Origin: Eledone cirrhosa
Lineage: Eukaryota
Direction: 5' to 3'
Assembly (NCBI GenBank): GCA_964016885.1
Contig: OZ024762.1
Coordinates: 17,298,001 to 17,362,000, forward strand
Length of the DNA: 64,000 bases
The position numbers and the translations under genes were made by a program. Shown here one piece after another: positions 13,333-26,546 of this stretch. How positions within the stretch are numbered: position 1 is the stretch's first letter; each line of letters starts with the position of its first letter. Below the pieces are notes generated by a model that searched no databases, was not told the origin of the DNA, and worked only from the letters and a program-made list of their open reading frames with translations.

Positions 13333-13397
<65 letters not shown>

Positions 13398-13452
13398 TAG
13401 TATTATATATGTATGTTTCAATGTATATACATATATATATATGCACACAGTA

Positions 13453-13493
<41 letters not shown>

Positions 13494-13953
13494 TATAGTA
13501 TTGTGCTATTTAAATACAGTGTTTCCTGTCCTACCCCCGACTCCCAGCCCTCTGCACCCCACCACAATATACTATCCACGCTACACATAACTATAGTTGG
13601 ACATTTTTCATTCGGAATATTCAGTCCCCTATGCCTTACCATATATGGAAGTATATATGGGTTTTGTGGGAAGTAAATAAACGCCAGGAATGAAGCGATG
13701 CCAAACGAACGCAGCTTTCTCAGAATGAAACTTAAACCGGGAGAAAAGACTGGAGAGGAGAGAGGTGAGAGAGGAGAGCAAGAAGTGTATGAGAGAGAGA
13801 GAGGAGGGGATAGGATAAAGAAGGAGAGCATGTGAGAGGAGAGAGAGTAGAGAGAGATGTGGTGGAGAGAGAGAGAGAGAGAGGGTAGAGCATGAGAGAG
13901 AGAGAGAGGATATGGTAAAGAAGGAGAGCACGTGAGAGAGGAGAGAGATGTGG

Positions 13954-13991
<38 letters not shown>

Positions 13992-14349
13992 ATGGTAAAG
14001 AAGGAGAGCACGTGAGAGAGGAGAGAGGGAGAGGAGAGAGTGAGGTGAGCTGGTAAAATTGGGAGGAGTTAAGGAAGCTGTTGGAAGCTGGAAGTGATGG
14101 TAAGATTTGCATCTAATTTGCATGGTTGTTTGCAGGTGAGTGTGGTTGACATAATGGTGCACCACCAGTAGCTGCTGCAGTAGCAGCTGCAGCAGCATCT
14201 GTAGCTGCTGCAGCACCATCTCTAGCTGCAGCAGTTATAGTAGTAGTTACTGCAGCACCATCTGCAGATGCAGCAGTTACAGTAGTAGCTGCTGCAGCAC
14301 CTGTAGCAGTATTGCTTGCACGGGCAAGCCGTTCATTAAGAGACATACT

Positions 14350-15040
14350 GTGGCGTGGTGTCGTATAGTATGGTGTAGCGTAGGGTGTGATGTGGTGTTG
14401 TAGTGCAGTATGGTGTGGTGTTAGGGTGTGGTGTAGTGTTGTAGTGTGGTGTGGTGTAGCGTAGGGGGGTGGTGTCGTGTAGTATATTGTAGCGTAGGGT
14501 GTGGCGTCGTGTAGTGTGTTTGTAGCGTCGTGTAGTGTGTTGTAGCGTCGTGTAGTATGGTGTAGCGTCGTGTAGTATGGTGTAGCGTGGGATGTAGTAT
14601 AGTGTAACATAGCGTGGCGTAGTATGGTGTAATGTGGGGTGGTGTAGCGTGGGGTGTGGCGTCGTGTAGTGTCGTGTAGAGTTGTGTAGCGTGATGTAGC
14701 GTGGTGTAGCGTCATGTAGTGTGGTGTAACGTCATGTAGCGTGGTGTAGCATCGTGTAGTGTGGTGTAGCGTCGTGTAGCGTGGTATAGCGGTATGTAGC
14801 GTGGTGTAGCGTGGTGTAACGTCATATAGCGTGGTGTAGCATCGTGTAGTGTGGTGTAGCGTCGTGTAGCGTGGTATAGCGGTATGTAGTGTGGTGTAGC
14901 GTGGTGTAACGTCATGTAGCGTGGTGTAGCATCGTGTAGTGTGGTGTAGCGTCGTGTAGCGTCGTGTAGCGTCGTGTAGCGTCGTGTAGCGTCGTGTAAC
15001 GTAGTGTGGCGTGGTGTAGCGTCATGTAGAGTGGCGTGGT
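14350..15040. repeat. Degenerate 5/10-bp repeat (gtgta/gcgtg) with a 90-bp higher-order unit
   Basis: Block gtcat(g/a)tagcgtggtgtagcatcgtgtagt.. recurs at 14731, 14821 and 14911. Confidence 0.85.
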
Positions 15041-15334
15041 GTTAGTAATGGCGGATTAAAATGGGGGCATGGGGCTGTAGACGGGGGATGACAGGGCAAT
15101 AGACCCCATCACCGTCAACACTACAATATTTCAAAGGTCTTCGAATGAATTATATTTTTGGCTGCCATATATAGAATATAACACCTTCCTGTCTCTGTGT
15201 GTCTGTGTGTCTGTGTGTGTGTGTGTGTGTGTGTGTCTCTCTCTCTCTGTATGTCTGTGTGTGTGTGTCTGTGTGTGTCATAGAAAGAAGGGAAAGCAAG
15301 GGGAGATAATTGATAACGGAGAGCTTGGTTTATT

Positions 15335-15372
<38 letters not shown>

Positions 15373-15445
15373 TCATTTTTTCTGGTCGGGGATATTCTGT
15401 TGAGAGAGAGAGAGATGCGAAGGGAGAGAGAGAGAGAAATAGAGG

Positions 15446-15500
<55 letters not shown>

Positions 15501-15844
15501 ATGCCAAGAGAAAGCGAGAGATGGTTTTAATGTTAATCTATTATAATTCCATTCAGATCAGCGATCTTCTGTGAGGAGAAGGAAATAGTCGGATGGCTGG
15601 AGAGATAGATACACACACACAAACACACACACACACACATACATATATAATATATTTCTGGCAATATTATAACAATATGACCCTCTCCAAATATAACAAT
15701 ATATATATATATATATATATATACGGAATCTCCATCATAAGTACACACTACGTATGTAGAGAGCTTTTTCCTGCTTACTCCTGTTTTTAGCAAGGTGGCA
15801 TCCCAGCTTACATAGATAAACAACATTTTTACTGGGCATACACA

Positions 15845-15881
<37 letters not shown>

Positions 15882-16002
15882 GCATATATATACACACGCA
15901 TATATATATATATATATATGTTTATCCCGGGTTCAATCGGGGGTAACCACAGTAAGTAAGGTACTCAATACAAAGCAGAGTATAAATATTTGATATAGAA
16001 AT

Positions 16003-16053
16003 GGCTTCTACAGGACTAGAACTGTTTCATTCGGGAGAAATCATCAGGAAGCC
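16003..16053 (-). ncRNA. Type I hammerhead ribozyme motif
   Basis: rc: ggcttc CTGATGA tttctcccgaat GAAA cag ttctagtc ctg TA gaagcc. Helix I is 6 bp perfect, helix III 4 bp, helix II weak. Forms the left arm of a palindrome at 15993-16108. Confidence 0.8.
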
Positions 16054-16098
16054 CTGATGATTTCTCCCGAATGAAACAGTTCTAGTCTTGTAGAAGCC

Positions 16099-16137
<39 letters not shown>

Positions 16138-16180
16138 TAGATAACATACATAGATATGGGGGATACATGGATAGATAGAT

Positions 16181-16233
<53 letters not shown>

Positions 16234-16391
16234 TGTGTGTGTGTGTGTGTGTGTGTAAAGGGTGGGCTAGGGAAGATTGTTTTTTAGTATTTCTGGGTCG
16301 CTGACAATATTTTGAGTTGTAAACACTATTAATAGATGATATAGAATTAGAGAGAGGGGGAGTAGGAGGAGAGAGACGCTGGCAGATGTAC

Positions 16392-16454
<63 letters not shown>

Positions 16455-16613
16455 GTGTGTGTATGTATATATATATGTATAGTGAGAGAGAGGGAGAGCA
16501 ACAGACACAGCATATATGTATATATACATATATATGTATGGATATATATATGTATAGTGAGAGAGAGGGAGAGCAACAGACACAGCATATATGTATATAT
16601 ACATATATATATG

Positions 16614-16655
<42 letters not shown>

Positions 16656-16661
16656 CACATA

Positions 16662-16737
16662 TAGGGTGTCCCCCAAAAATGTATATGCACTTTGAGTTAT
16701 CTGCTGTTGAAGTGTGTATTCATTTTTTGGGGACACC

Positions 16738-16740
<3 letters not shown>
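16662..16740. mobile_element. 79-bp Tc1/mariner-type MITE
   Basis: TIRs (t/c)agggtgtcccc(c)aaaaa(a)tg, TA flanks; same family at 20042 and 39336. Confidence 0.8.
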
Positions 16741-16792
<52 letters not shown>

Positions 16793-17074
16793 GTGGAATG
16801 GTGACGTGGGGGTGAGGAGATATGGACATGAATGAGAGGTGAGTGTGTACAGGCGTTTGTGTGTGTGTATGTATGAGTGTGTACAGGTGTTTGTGTGTGT
16901 GTATGTAAGAGTGTGTACAGGTGTTTGTGTGTGTGTATGTATGAGTGTGTACAGGTGTTTGTGTGTGTGTGTACAGGTGTGTGTATGTACAGGTGTTTGT
17001 ATGTGTGTGTACAGGTGTCTGCGTAAGTGCGGGCGTTTGTGTGTGTGTGTGTATACGGGTGTTTGTGTGTGTAT

Positions 17075-17220
17075 GTGGTTAAAACGTCTGGTAGAATACC
17101 TTGCGGTATTTGCCTCGCTTCCCAGCACGTTCTGAGTTCAAACCCTACCGAGGTCAAAATTTACCTTTCATCTTTCCGAAGATCGATAAAGTAAACCAGT
17201 TGAATACTGGGATCAATACT
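17075..17220 (+). mobile_element. tRNA-derived octopus-type SINE, degenerate
   Basis: cacgttctgagttcaaaccctaccgaggtcaaaatttacctttcatctttccgaagatcgataaagtaaaccagttgaatactggg. Confidence 0.8.
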
Positions 17221-17309
17221 CCCCCCCCCCCCCGTCCCCTCTACTCCCCCTATCCCCATGCCCTGCTCCCCATCTTTCTCTCTCAGAAATATGTCCCCCC
17301 CCCCTCCCC

Positions 17310-17707
17310 GGGGTAAAATGTAGGTGGCAGTGATGTAGGGTTAATTAGGGGTGCTAAATATGCTTGTGGGTAAATATAGTGAAGGGGGTAAAATATAACG
17401 AAGGCGGTAAATATAGGAAAAGTAAATATAGTGAAGGGGAGAGCCGAAGGTAAATATAGGGAAGGGGATAAACCGAGGGTAAATATAAGGAAGGGGGTAT
17501 ATATAACGAAGGTAAATAAAGCGAAGGGGGTATATATAAAGAAGGGGATAAACTGAGGGTAAATATAGCGAAGTAGATTAATATAGCGAAGGGGGTAAAT
17601 AAACCGAAGGTAAATATAGGGAAGGGGGGTAAATATAACGTGGGTATATATAACGTAGGTTATATAAAGAAAGGGGATATGTCGAGGGTAAATATAGTGA
17701 AGGGGTG
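17310..17707. repeat. Degenerate minisatellite of about 20 bp abutting the gap
   Basis: Recurrent (gg)ggtaaatatag(c/t/g)gaag. Confidence 0.8.
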
Positions 17708-17907
17708 NNNNNNNNNNNNNNNNNNNNNNNNNNNNNNNNNNNNNNNNNNNNNNNNNNNNNNNNNNNNNNNNNNNNNNNNNNNNNNNNNNNNNNNNNNNNN
17801 NNNNNNNNNNNNNNNNNNNNNNNNNNNNNNNNNNNNNNNNNNNNNNNNNNNNNNNNNNNNNNNNNNNNNNNNNNNNNNNNNNNNNNNNNNNNNNNNNNNN
17901 NNNNNNN
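17708..17907. other. Assembly gap of 200 N
   Basis: Run of N; the round length suggests an arbitrary scaffold spacer, so true distance and contiguity across it are unknown. Confidence 0.99.
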
Positions 17908-18207
17908 AGTTGAAAAAGGGGGTATATACACACACATATATGTACATATACACACACATATACACATACATACACATTATATACATACCCACACACACAT
18001 ATATATACATTCACACATACACACACATATATATACATACACACACACACATATATATATATACATTCACACACACGCACACATATATGTATATATATAC
18101 ATTCACACATACATATACATACACACACACATACATATACATTCACACACACATATATATGTACATATATGTATATGTATATGGACATATATATATGTAT
18201 ATATATA

Positions 18208-18250
<43 letters not shown>

Positions 18251-18416
18251 ATGTATATATGTGTGTGTGTGTATGTATACATGTGTGTATGTATATATAT
18301 GTGTGTGTGTATGTATATATATATGTGTGTGTGTGTGTATGTATACATGTGTGTATGTATATATATGTGTGTGTGTATGTATATATATGTGTGTGTATGT
18401 ATATATATGTGTATGT

Positions 18417-18450
<34 letters not shown>

Positions 18451-18603
18451 ATGTATATATATATGTGTGTATGTGTGTATGTATATATATGTGTGTATGT
18501 GTATATGTGTGTGTGTGTATATATATATATATGTGTATATATATATATGTGTGTGTATGTATGTATATATATATATATGTGTGTGTGTATATGTGTGTGT
18601 GTA

Positions 18604-18637
<34 letters not shown>

Positions 18638-18656
18638 GAGAGAGAGAATCCCAAGT

Positions 18657-18714
<58 letters not shown>

Positions 18715-18722
<8 letters not shown>

Positions 18723-19171
18723 ATACTTGGGGAGGTTCATATTGTTGTAATAATATTGCCAGAAATAATAACAGAACACACTCACTGTTTGGTTGGTTTT
18801 CGCTTCTGTATCTTTTATATCTCCACAGTTAATTCCTTCGGTCCTCAATGTTTACCATTGACTGACCAACGGTCAAAAATACAGATATAATATAGATATA
18901 AACACAATACAACAGGAAGAACATAATAGTACCACTGACGATGTTGCAGATGTGCAACGAAAGAACTTTGTTAGACTATATATATGTGTTTATATCTATA
19001 TTATATCTGTATTTTTGACCGTTGTTCAGTCAATGGTAAACATTGAGGACCGAATGAATTAACTGATATAAAAGATACAGAAGCGAAAACCAACCAAACA
19101 GTGAGTGTGTTCTGTTATTAATTCTGGGAATATTATTACAACAATATGACCCTCCCCAAGTATAACAATAT
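18715..19171. mobile_element. Inverted repeat (arms about 190 bp) with an HHR-like spacer, Penelope-like
   Basis: Arms 18715-18906 and 18985-19171 are near-perfect reverse complements. Spacer contains CTGACGA t gttgca gatg tgcaac GAAA..TA (18935-18973). A fragment of the same arm lies at about 15652-15703. Confidence 0.75.
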
Positions 19172-19209
19172 TTGTTTCGGCTCACGATTTCATATCAAAA
19201 ACCTCGCAA

Positions 19210-19269
<60 letters not shown>

Positions 19270-19589
19270 CCATATAAAAAAGAGTAAACTCGTCGCTAGA
19301 AAAGACAGCGATGGGCAAATATGCCTCAGAAGAAAGAGACCAGTGACCAGTGGTCAACAGAGAGACAATCCACAAGGTGGGTGACAGGTAGATGAAATAT
19401 AGAAAACATTGAAAGAGCAGTAGGACAAGGAGAAGTGTATTAGTGCACAGAAGTGACTGGAAGAAGGAAATAAAAAAGGTGATGTACAAGACAAGTTTAC
19501 ACATACATGTTCAATGTCATCAGCTCTCAAACCAACAAAATGGTTTCGCACGATTTAATTGAGAACACCATTTTAAAATCCTGAGGAAT

Positions 19590-19679
<90 letters not shown>

Positions 19680-20041
19680 TAGTATTATGAATCTTAGTAA
19701 CGTGGATCGAGGACTGCGTCAACATTTGTGTAACTCATTGTCTAATTATATATATATATTCCTTCCGCAATAACTTTCAAAAGTTATTGATGCACTGGAA
19801 TTAGACATATTGTCTTTAATGCGTTGAAATGTCGGTGACCTCCAGCAGACAACTGAAGAGGGGACTGTCTTTTGTTTGAGCTTCCCTTGTGTATATATAT
19901 ATATATAATTGGATATCAAATTACAGGCGCACAAGACAAAGACAAGATATAAATATGGACATATTCCCTCCCATCAGCCAACTGCTGGAATTCCTTATGG
20001 TTTCAGTACTTTAAAGTCGTATATATATATATATATATATA

Positions 20042-20445
20042 CAGGGTGTCCCCCAAGATGTATGCACACTTTAATTACCTGTACAATCAATGTTTATTAG
20101 AATACACAGACTTTCTCAAAAATAATATGATCTACAGACATAATTTCAATTGTATGTAAACACCCAAAAATGTTTACATAATCTAAATAATTGTTTCTAC
20201 TTTTGGCACAAGGCCAGCAATCATCCCAGTACATTACTGGTACTTTATTTTATCGAATCCCGTAAGGATGAAAGGCAAAGTTAACCTCGGCGGGATTTGA
20301 ACTCAGATCTTAAAGGCCCGTAACTCCATGCTGCAAAGCATGGCGTCCTCTATATAAAATAGAATCTATTTTAATGCATCTTTTAAAGATTTTCTTGTGT
20401 ATACATTTTTGGGGACACCTTGTGTATACATTTTTGGGGACACCT

Positions 20446-20447
<2 letters not shown>
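20042..20447. mobile_element. Tc1/mariner-type MITE with nested SINE and duplicated right TIR
   Basis: cagggtgtccccaagatgtatgcaca ... (tgtgtatacatttttggggacacct) x2 at 20396-20445; minus-strand SINE at about 20192-20345. Confidence 0.75.
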
Positions 20448-20488
<41 letters not shown>

Positions 20489-20504
20489 TACACATTCTAT
20501 CTCC

Positions 20505-20722
20505 AGCCTGTGTTGGCTGGTCATTGGTGTAAGAGGGAGTTCGTTGTTGCTGCCCTTAGGTGACCTTCGCTCCGTGCTGCGGGTTCATCTGGGATCATGG
20601 ATAGCAGAGTGTCAAGATGTTTCTTGAAAACATCCACACCATGCAGATCTCTCACATCATTTGGCTGCTTATTAAATAGTTGAGGGCTTTTGAACCCCGG
20701 TCTATTGAAATATCTGCTCCTT
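20505..20722 (-). pseudogene. 3' end of a CR1/L2-group LINE ORF2
   Basis: Translation FKSPQLFNKQPNDVRDLHGVDVFKKHLDTLLSMIPDEP..RAATTNSLLHQ* resembles the LFN.LP / FK..LD..L..IPDEP / NSL C-terminus of invertebrate CR1-like elements. Confidence 0.7.
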
Positions 20723-20730
20723 ACTCTGTC

Positions 20731-20775
<45 letters not shown>

Positions 20776-20874
20776 ATATATATCTATGTAAAAGGTAAAC
20801 AGAAATATCAACACAATCGGTACAGTATATAGAAGGGATATATTAGGTTAACGCTTGATATAGCAAGAAAACGG

Positions 20875-20910
20875 TCTTAACGTTTCGGACGCTAGTCCTT
20901 CATCAGAAGA
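20875..20910 (-). ncRNA. Minimal type I hammerhead ribozyme motif
   Basis: rc: tctt CTGATGA a ggac tagc gtcc GAAA cg TT aaga; helix III reduced to the palindrome AACGTT, typical of PLE-associated minimal HHRs. Confidence 0.8.
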
Positions 20911-20954
20911 AAGAATGAGAAATAAGATAGATTGAGGGGATGGAGGGTTATGTG

Positions 20955-21032
<78 letters not shown>

Positions 21033-21264
21033 CTTGGCGTTTCATCCTTTAGAGGTCGATAAAGATATTAATTTATGGATCTTATCCAACCATTTTGCTT
21101 GTGGGCTTCTTTTTGGGGTCTCCTGTCTTTTACGTTTTTTGTTGCTTTAATCTCTGCAGTGATTCTTTCCTAAGACATTCTAACCTCATGTCTGTATTGC
21201 TGGAACTGTGATCTCTCGATGCAAATAAAGTAGCAACTCTACCTGGTTTGACACTCTGGGTGGA

Positions 21265-21345
21265 CAGGTGCAACGTGAAATAAGTGTCTTGCTCAAGGAC
21301 ACAGCAATAATGGAACTCACGTCGTCACGATCTTGAACCAAACAC
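21265..21345 (-). mobile_element. Second SINE family fragment
   Basis: gcaacgtgaaataagtgtcttgctcaaggacac is the reverse complement of the core at 4934-4967. Confidence 0.75.
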
Positions 21346-21356
21346 CCCCAATGACC

Positions 21357-21387
<31 letters not shown>

Positions 21388-21421
21388 TGTATGTATGTAT
21401 GTATGTATGTATGTATGTATG

Positions 21422-22017
21422 TCAGTTGGTGCTACTGGTAACATGTATCCCAGTACAACCTGTCTCATGGTCGGGTCGTTGGCGACTAAATTGGCAACCC
21501 CACCAAGGTTTCTTGGTGAGGAGGGTGAATTTGGACATCCTGCAGGACTAAAAACAAAACCTGTCAAAGGGCAAAGGAGCTCTTAAGAATCAATGGCCAT
21601 CCAAAATCACCGGGAGAGATGACCCCTTAGCCTTTGTCAAGGCTGAATTCTAGAAGGAAAACTCTGATATAACACCTGCAACCCTGATGGTATCCAATGA
21701 TGTTGACTTGTTCTTCTTTTTGGTAAATATCATCTCGGTTAAGAGAGTGGGACTGGCTTTGTGCAGTGCCTTTGCTCACTATAAAAGCTTCACGGCACAG
21801 GCATTGCTTTATATCTGGAGATCTCTCTGCACTTATCGTCACATGGTACCATGGGCCCAGCCCTGTGTCAATAATTGTCACAAGTGTAGTGTTTGTACCA
21901 GAGTTTTCAAGTCGCTGGCTGGACTAAAAAGTCACACTCGTCAGCGCATCGGTAAGCGTTCTCCTACATGGATATAAAGTAGTGGCCGTACTCGAAAACG
22001 AGTTGGCAGCCACCATG
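21422..22017 (+). mobile_element. About 600-bp non-autonomous bipartite RTE-like element
   Basis: The 5' part has agaaggaaaactctga (recalled from RTE 5' UTRs) and homology to 8200-8385. The 3' part encodes [21 protein letters not shown] and ends in tactc-loop-gagt-tggcagccaccat, like the RTE at 25191. Confidence 0.6.
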
Positions 22018-22091
22018 TATATATATATGTATATATATATATATTTCTTCATGCAGAAATGTGTGTATATATATATATATATATATATTGC

Positions 22092-22151
<60 letters not shown>

Positions 22152-22234
22152 GCAATATATATATATATATATATACACACATTTCTGCATGAAGAAATAT
22201 ATATATATATATACATATATATATACATGGTTGC

Positions 22235-22294
<60 letters not shown>

Positions 22295-22295
22295 C

Positions 22296-22359
<64 letters not shown>

Positions 22360-22360
22360 C

Positions 22361-22398
<38 letters not shown>

Positions 22399-22435
22399 CA
22401 TTTATTATATATATATATATATATATATATATTGC

Positions 22436-22474
<39 letters not shown>

Positions 22475-22536
22475 CATTTATATATATATATATAAATATA
22501 TTGCATTTATATATATACATATATTTCTGCATGAAG

Positions 22537-22571
<35 letters not shown>

Positions 22572-22834
22572 TAAATTTAGTCCTTCATCAGTGATCTTCC
22601 AACCTTCATTCGTATTTCATCGCTTTAAAGACCATATACCTCTGCTTGGTGCGAGCAACGGCTAAAGAAAGTCGTTGGGACACGTAAATTGGGGGAACGA
22701 GCGAGACAGTAGCACGCCATGTTTTCATATTTTTCATATATATATATATTAGAAATATATATATATATATATCTGCATGAAGAAATGTGTGTATATATAT
22801 ATATATTGCATTTATGTATATATATATATATTGC

Positions 22835-22876
<42 letters not shown>

Positions 22877-22982
22877 CATTTAGAAATATATATATATATA
22901 TAATATATATTTATGCATGTAGAAATATATATATATATATATATATATATTTCTGTATGTAGAAATATATATATTATATATA

Positions 22983-23030
<48 letters not shown>

Positions 23031-23067
23031 CTGCATGAAGAAATGTGTGTATATATATATATATTGC

Positions 23068-23137
<70 letters not shown>

Positions 23138-23181
23138 CATTTAGAAATATATATATATATAATATATATTTATGCATGTAG

Positions 23182-23243
<62 letters not shown>

Positions 23244-23273
23244 CTGCATGTAGAAATATATATATTATATATA

Positions 23274-23311
<38 letters not shown>

Positions 23312-23323
23312 CTGCATGTAGAA

Positions 23324-23402
<79 letters not shown>

Positions 23403-23440
23403 CATACATAATATATATATATATATATATATATTTCTGC

Positions 23441-23482
<42 letters not shown>

Positions 23483-23711
23483 CTAAATGTAGAAATATAT
23501 ATAGGTACCATATTTCCTATGTAGGAAGTGTGGGTGGCTATATTTTGAATAGCAAACACGAAAGCAATAGAAATCCTCTCTCTTTCTTTCTCTCCATTCC
23601 GAATATAAAAATAAATGCGTGGGTGTTGCTTGGACGAAAACGTCTTGTTCGTTCTAACAGCTAGCCTCGTTCTGAATATTTGACAGTAAACACTGGCCTA
23701 ACAGATTCTCT

Positions 23712-23777
23712 TGCAGACGATAGACTGACAGACAGGCAGACAGACAGACAGACAGATGGACAAACGGACAGACGGGC

Positions 23778-23817
<40 letters not shown>

Positions 23818-24110
23818 TATCTATATACATATATATATATATATATGTGTGTAGAAGATTGGACAGACAGACATATATATATATTTGCAGACAGACAGAC
23901 AAGTAGATAGACATTCATATATGCAGACGATAAACTGACTGGCAGACAGATGGACAAACGGACAGACAGGTATATATATATATATATATATATGTAGAAG
24001 AACAGACAGATATATATATATATTTGCAGACAGACAGACAAGTAGATAGACATTCATATATGCAGACGATAGACTGACTGGCAGACAGATGGACAAACGG
24101 ACAGACAGGC

Positions 24111-24165
<55 letters not shown>

Positions 24166-24280
24166 GAAGAACAGACAGATATATATATATATTTGCAGAC
24201 AGACAGACAAGTAGATGGACATTCATATATGCAGACGATAGACTGGCAGGCAGGACAGATGGACAAACGGACAGACAGGC

Positions 24281-24319
<39 letters not shown>

Positions 24320-24430
24320 GAGAAGAACAGACAGATATATATATATTTGCAGACAGACAGACAGACTTATAGACATTCATATATGCAGACGATAGACTGG
24401 CAGGCAGACAGATGGACAAACGGACAGACA

Positions 24431-24485
<55 letters not shown>

Positions 24486-24590
24486 AGAAGAACAGACAGA
24501 TATATATATATTTGCAGACAGACAGACAGACTTATAGACAAACGGACATGCATATATGCAGACGATAGACTGACAGACAGACAGACAGGC
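23712..24590. repeat. Compound tandem repeat of (CAGA)-rich blocks and TA tracts, about 5 units
   Basis: gcagacgatagactg..gatggacaaacggacagac..gtagaagaacagacaga..tttgcagacagacagac..agacattcatatat repeated. Confidence 0.9.
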
Positions 24591-25059
24591 TGTCAGGATG
24601 TCAGGCAGACAGACAGATAGATAGAGGGGTACAGAGGTGCATACATGCAGAAACATATGCTGACAGATTCACAGACAGACAGACATATATGCACACAGAC
24701 TAACGTGTAGATAGAAAGATAGACACAGATTGACAGCCAGATAAAACGTCTGTCAATTTGACACACACACACACACAAATGTGATGAACGATCAAAAGTA
24801 TCTCTTTTTCTCATCAGCCACACTTGTTCAATGCAATTTTGTGCATAACTATGAAGTGGGGTGGAGATTGTATACGATATTTAGTCCAGGTTGCACGATC
24901 ATATGAACAAACCACTGGAAATATGTATATAAGACAACACAACAACACAAAAGACAGAAGCAACAAATAAAAACAAAACGTCTTATGACTTGAAACAGGG
25001 GAAGCACGTCTGTGTAGACATTATATATATATTATACCTATATATGATATACACACACA

Positions 25060-25142
<83 letters not shown>

Positions 25143-25190
25143 ATGTGTACATATGACATGCATGTATATATGTATGGTTATACTTATATA

Positions 25191-25835
25191 TGATGGCTGC
25201 AAACTCTGCCAAGAGTATTGCAATCGCTTGTCAGATTCAGATTGGGACGCTCGGATATGGCTTTTCAAGCCTGCTAGAGACTTGCACTCCTTCACACACT
25301 GACGACAACTATGGATCTCCCTGGCTTGAGGTCCCGCATCAGGTTGCCCGTGAACCCTCACAACACCGTGGAGATCATACTTCGCTGGTTCGCTTTGATC
25401 ATGGCTGCGACTGTGGCTCCTGAGACCAGATTTGCTCAAGCAAATTTTTCCACACTCAGGGCACTTCAATTCAATGGAGACACCGATCGTTTCGAGAGAT
25501 ACACCAGGGCATTGCTTACGCACATCCCTTTTGATCTTCTCGGGCTCTGTGCGTCTGACCTCAAAATTATGGACCCCATCATTCACCATTCCACGCCAAG
25601 TTTCTCTTTCAAGAGCTTCTATCTCCCAGTCAGCCATCATCAAACCAGTTTTTTTCAATGAGTCCTTTACACAATCCTTGAATCGGAGCTTCGGTTTGTG
25701 AGGTGGTCTCTTACCCTCACAAAGCTCGCCATGCAAGAGTTGTGATTCGATCATCCTCCATTCTGCAGAGGTGTCCGGTCCATCGCAAACGCCGTTGGTG
25801 GATGATACTCTCAATGCTCCGACACTCACTTCTCT
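25191..25835 (-). pseudogene. RTE-clade LINE 3' fragment with two C2H2-type zinc fingers
   Basis: SIESIIHQRRLRWTGHLCRMEDDRI /frameshift/ [76 protein letters not shown]. Confidence 0.9.
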
Positions 25836-25844
25836 CAATATATA

Positions 25845-25879
<35 letters not shown>

Positions 25880-26389
25880 GCATGTGTGTGTGTGCATATA
25901 CACACACACCATATACACTATATTTATATGCATCCGTATATATATATATATATATCCGTTCGTACGTATACACTTCTACAAATGTCGAACAACACCAACA
26001 ACAACGGTTTATCTGCATTTATTTGCATAAATCCACAATCTATAAGGAGGACATGCACAGAACAACCAGACACACAGACACACAGACACACTGATGGCAG
26101 ATGTAGAAATATATTGCCTTAAATAGAAAAGGTTTCATCAACGAAACTGCTGCAGTTTTTCCTGTTTTCACTCCACATTGTTGCATATTCACTGTCAACG
26201 CTTTCTCAATAAAAACAGACGACAGCCTGCTTGCCTGGCTGCCTGCATGCAGCGTTCTATCTGGCCACTACTAAAGGCTGCTCTCTTTCTCTCTCTCTCT
26301 CTCTCTGTCTATTGATACTACTGCTAAAGCTGCGCTCTCTCTCTCTCTCTATCTCTCTCTCTCTGTCTATTGATACTACTGCTAAAGCT

Positions 26390-26444
<55 letters not shown>

Positions 26445-26496
26445 ACGTGTGTCAGTCTGTCTGTCTGTCTGTCTGTTTCCATCTATCTATCAACAA

Positions 26497-26546
<50 letters not shown>

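Noticed and set aside
17283-18848. Long ORFs of 300-520 aa
   Set aside because: They span the N gap and microsatellites.
19510-19570. Minus-strand GAAA cca..tgg TT tgagag CTGATGA as a type II HHR
   Set aside because: No helix I hairpin between the UH site and CTGATGA; at best another decayed half-motif.
19845-19890. CTGAAGA followed by a weak hairpin
   Set aside because: GAAA and helix III are missing.
23510-23575. atttc..helix..GAAA gcaa TA gaaat HHR-like layout
   Set aside because: The core reads ctatgtaggaa rather than CTGANGA; possibly decayed but not supportable.
25191-25480. Host C2H2 zinc-finger gene (a family expanded in cephalopods)
   Set aside because: The fingers follow RTE ORF motifs, lack TGEKP linkers and end in an RTE-type 3' tail; same for 21885-21950.
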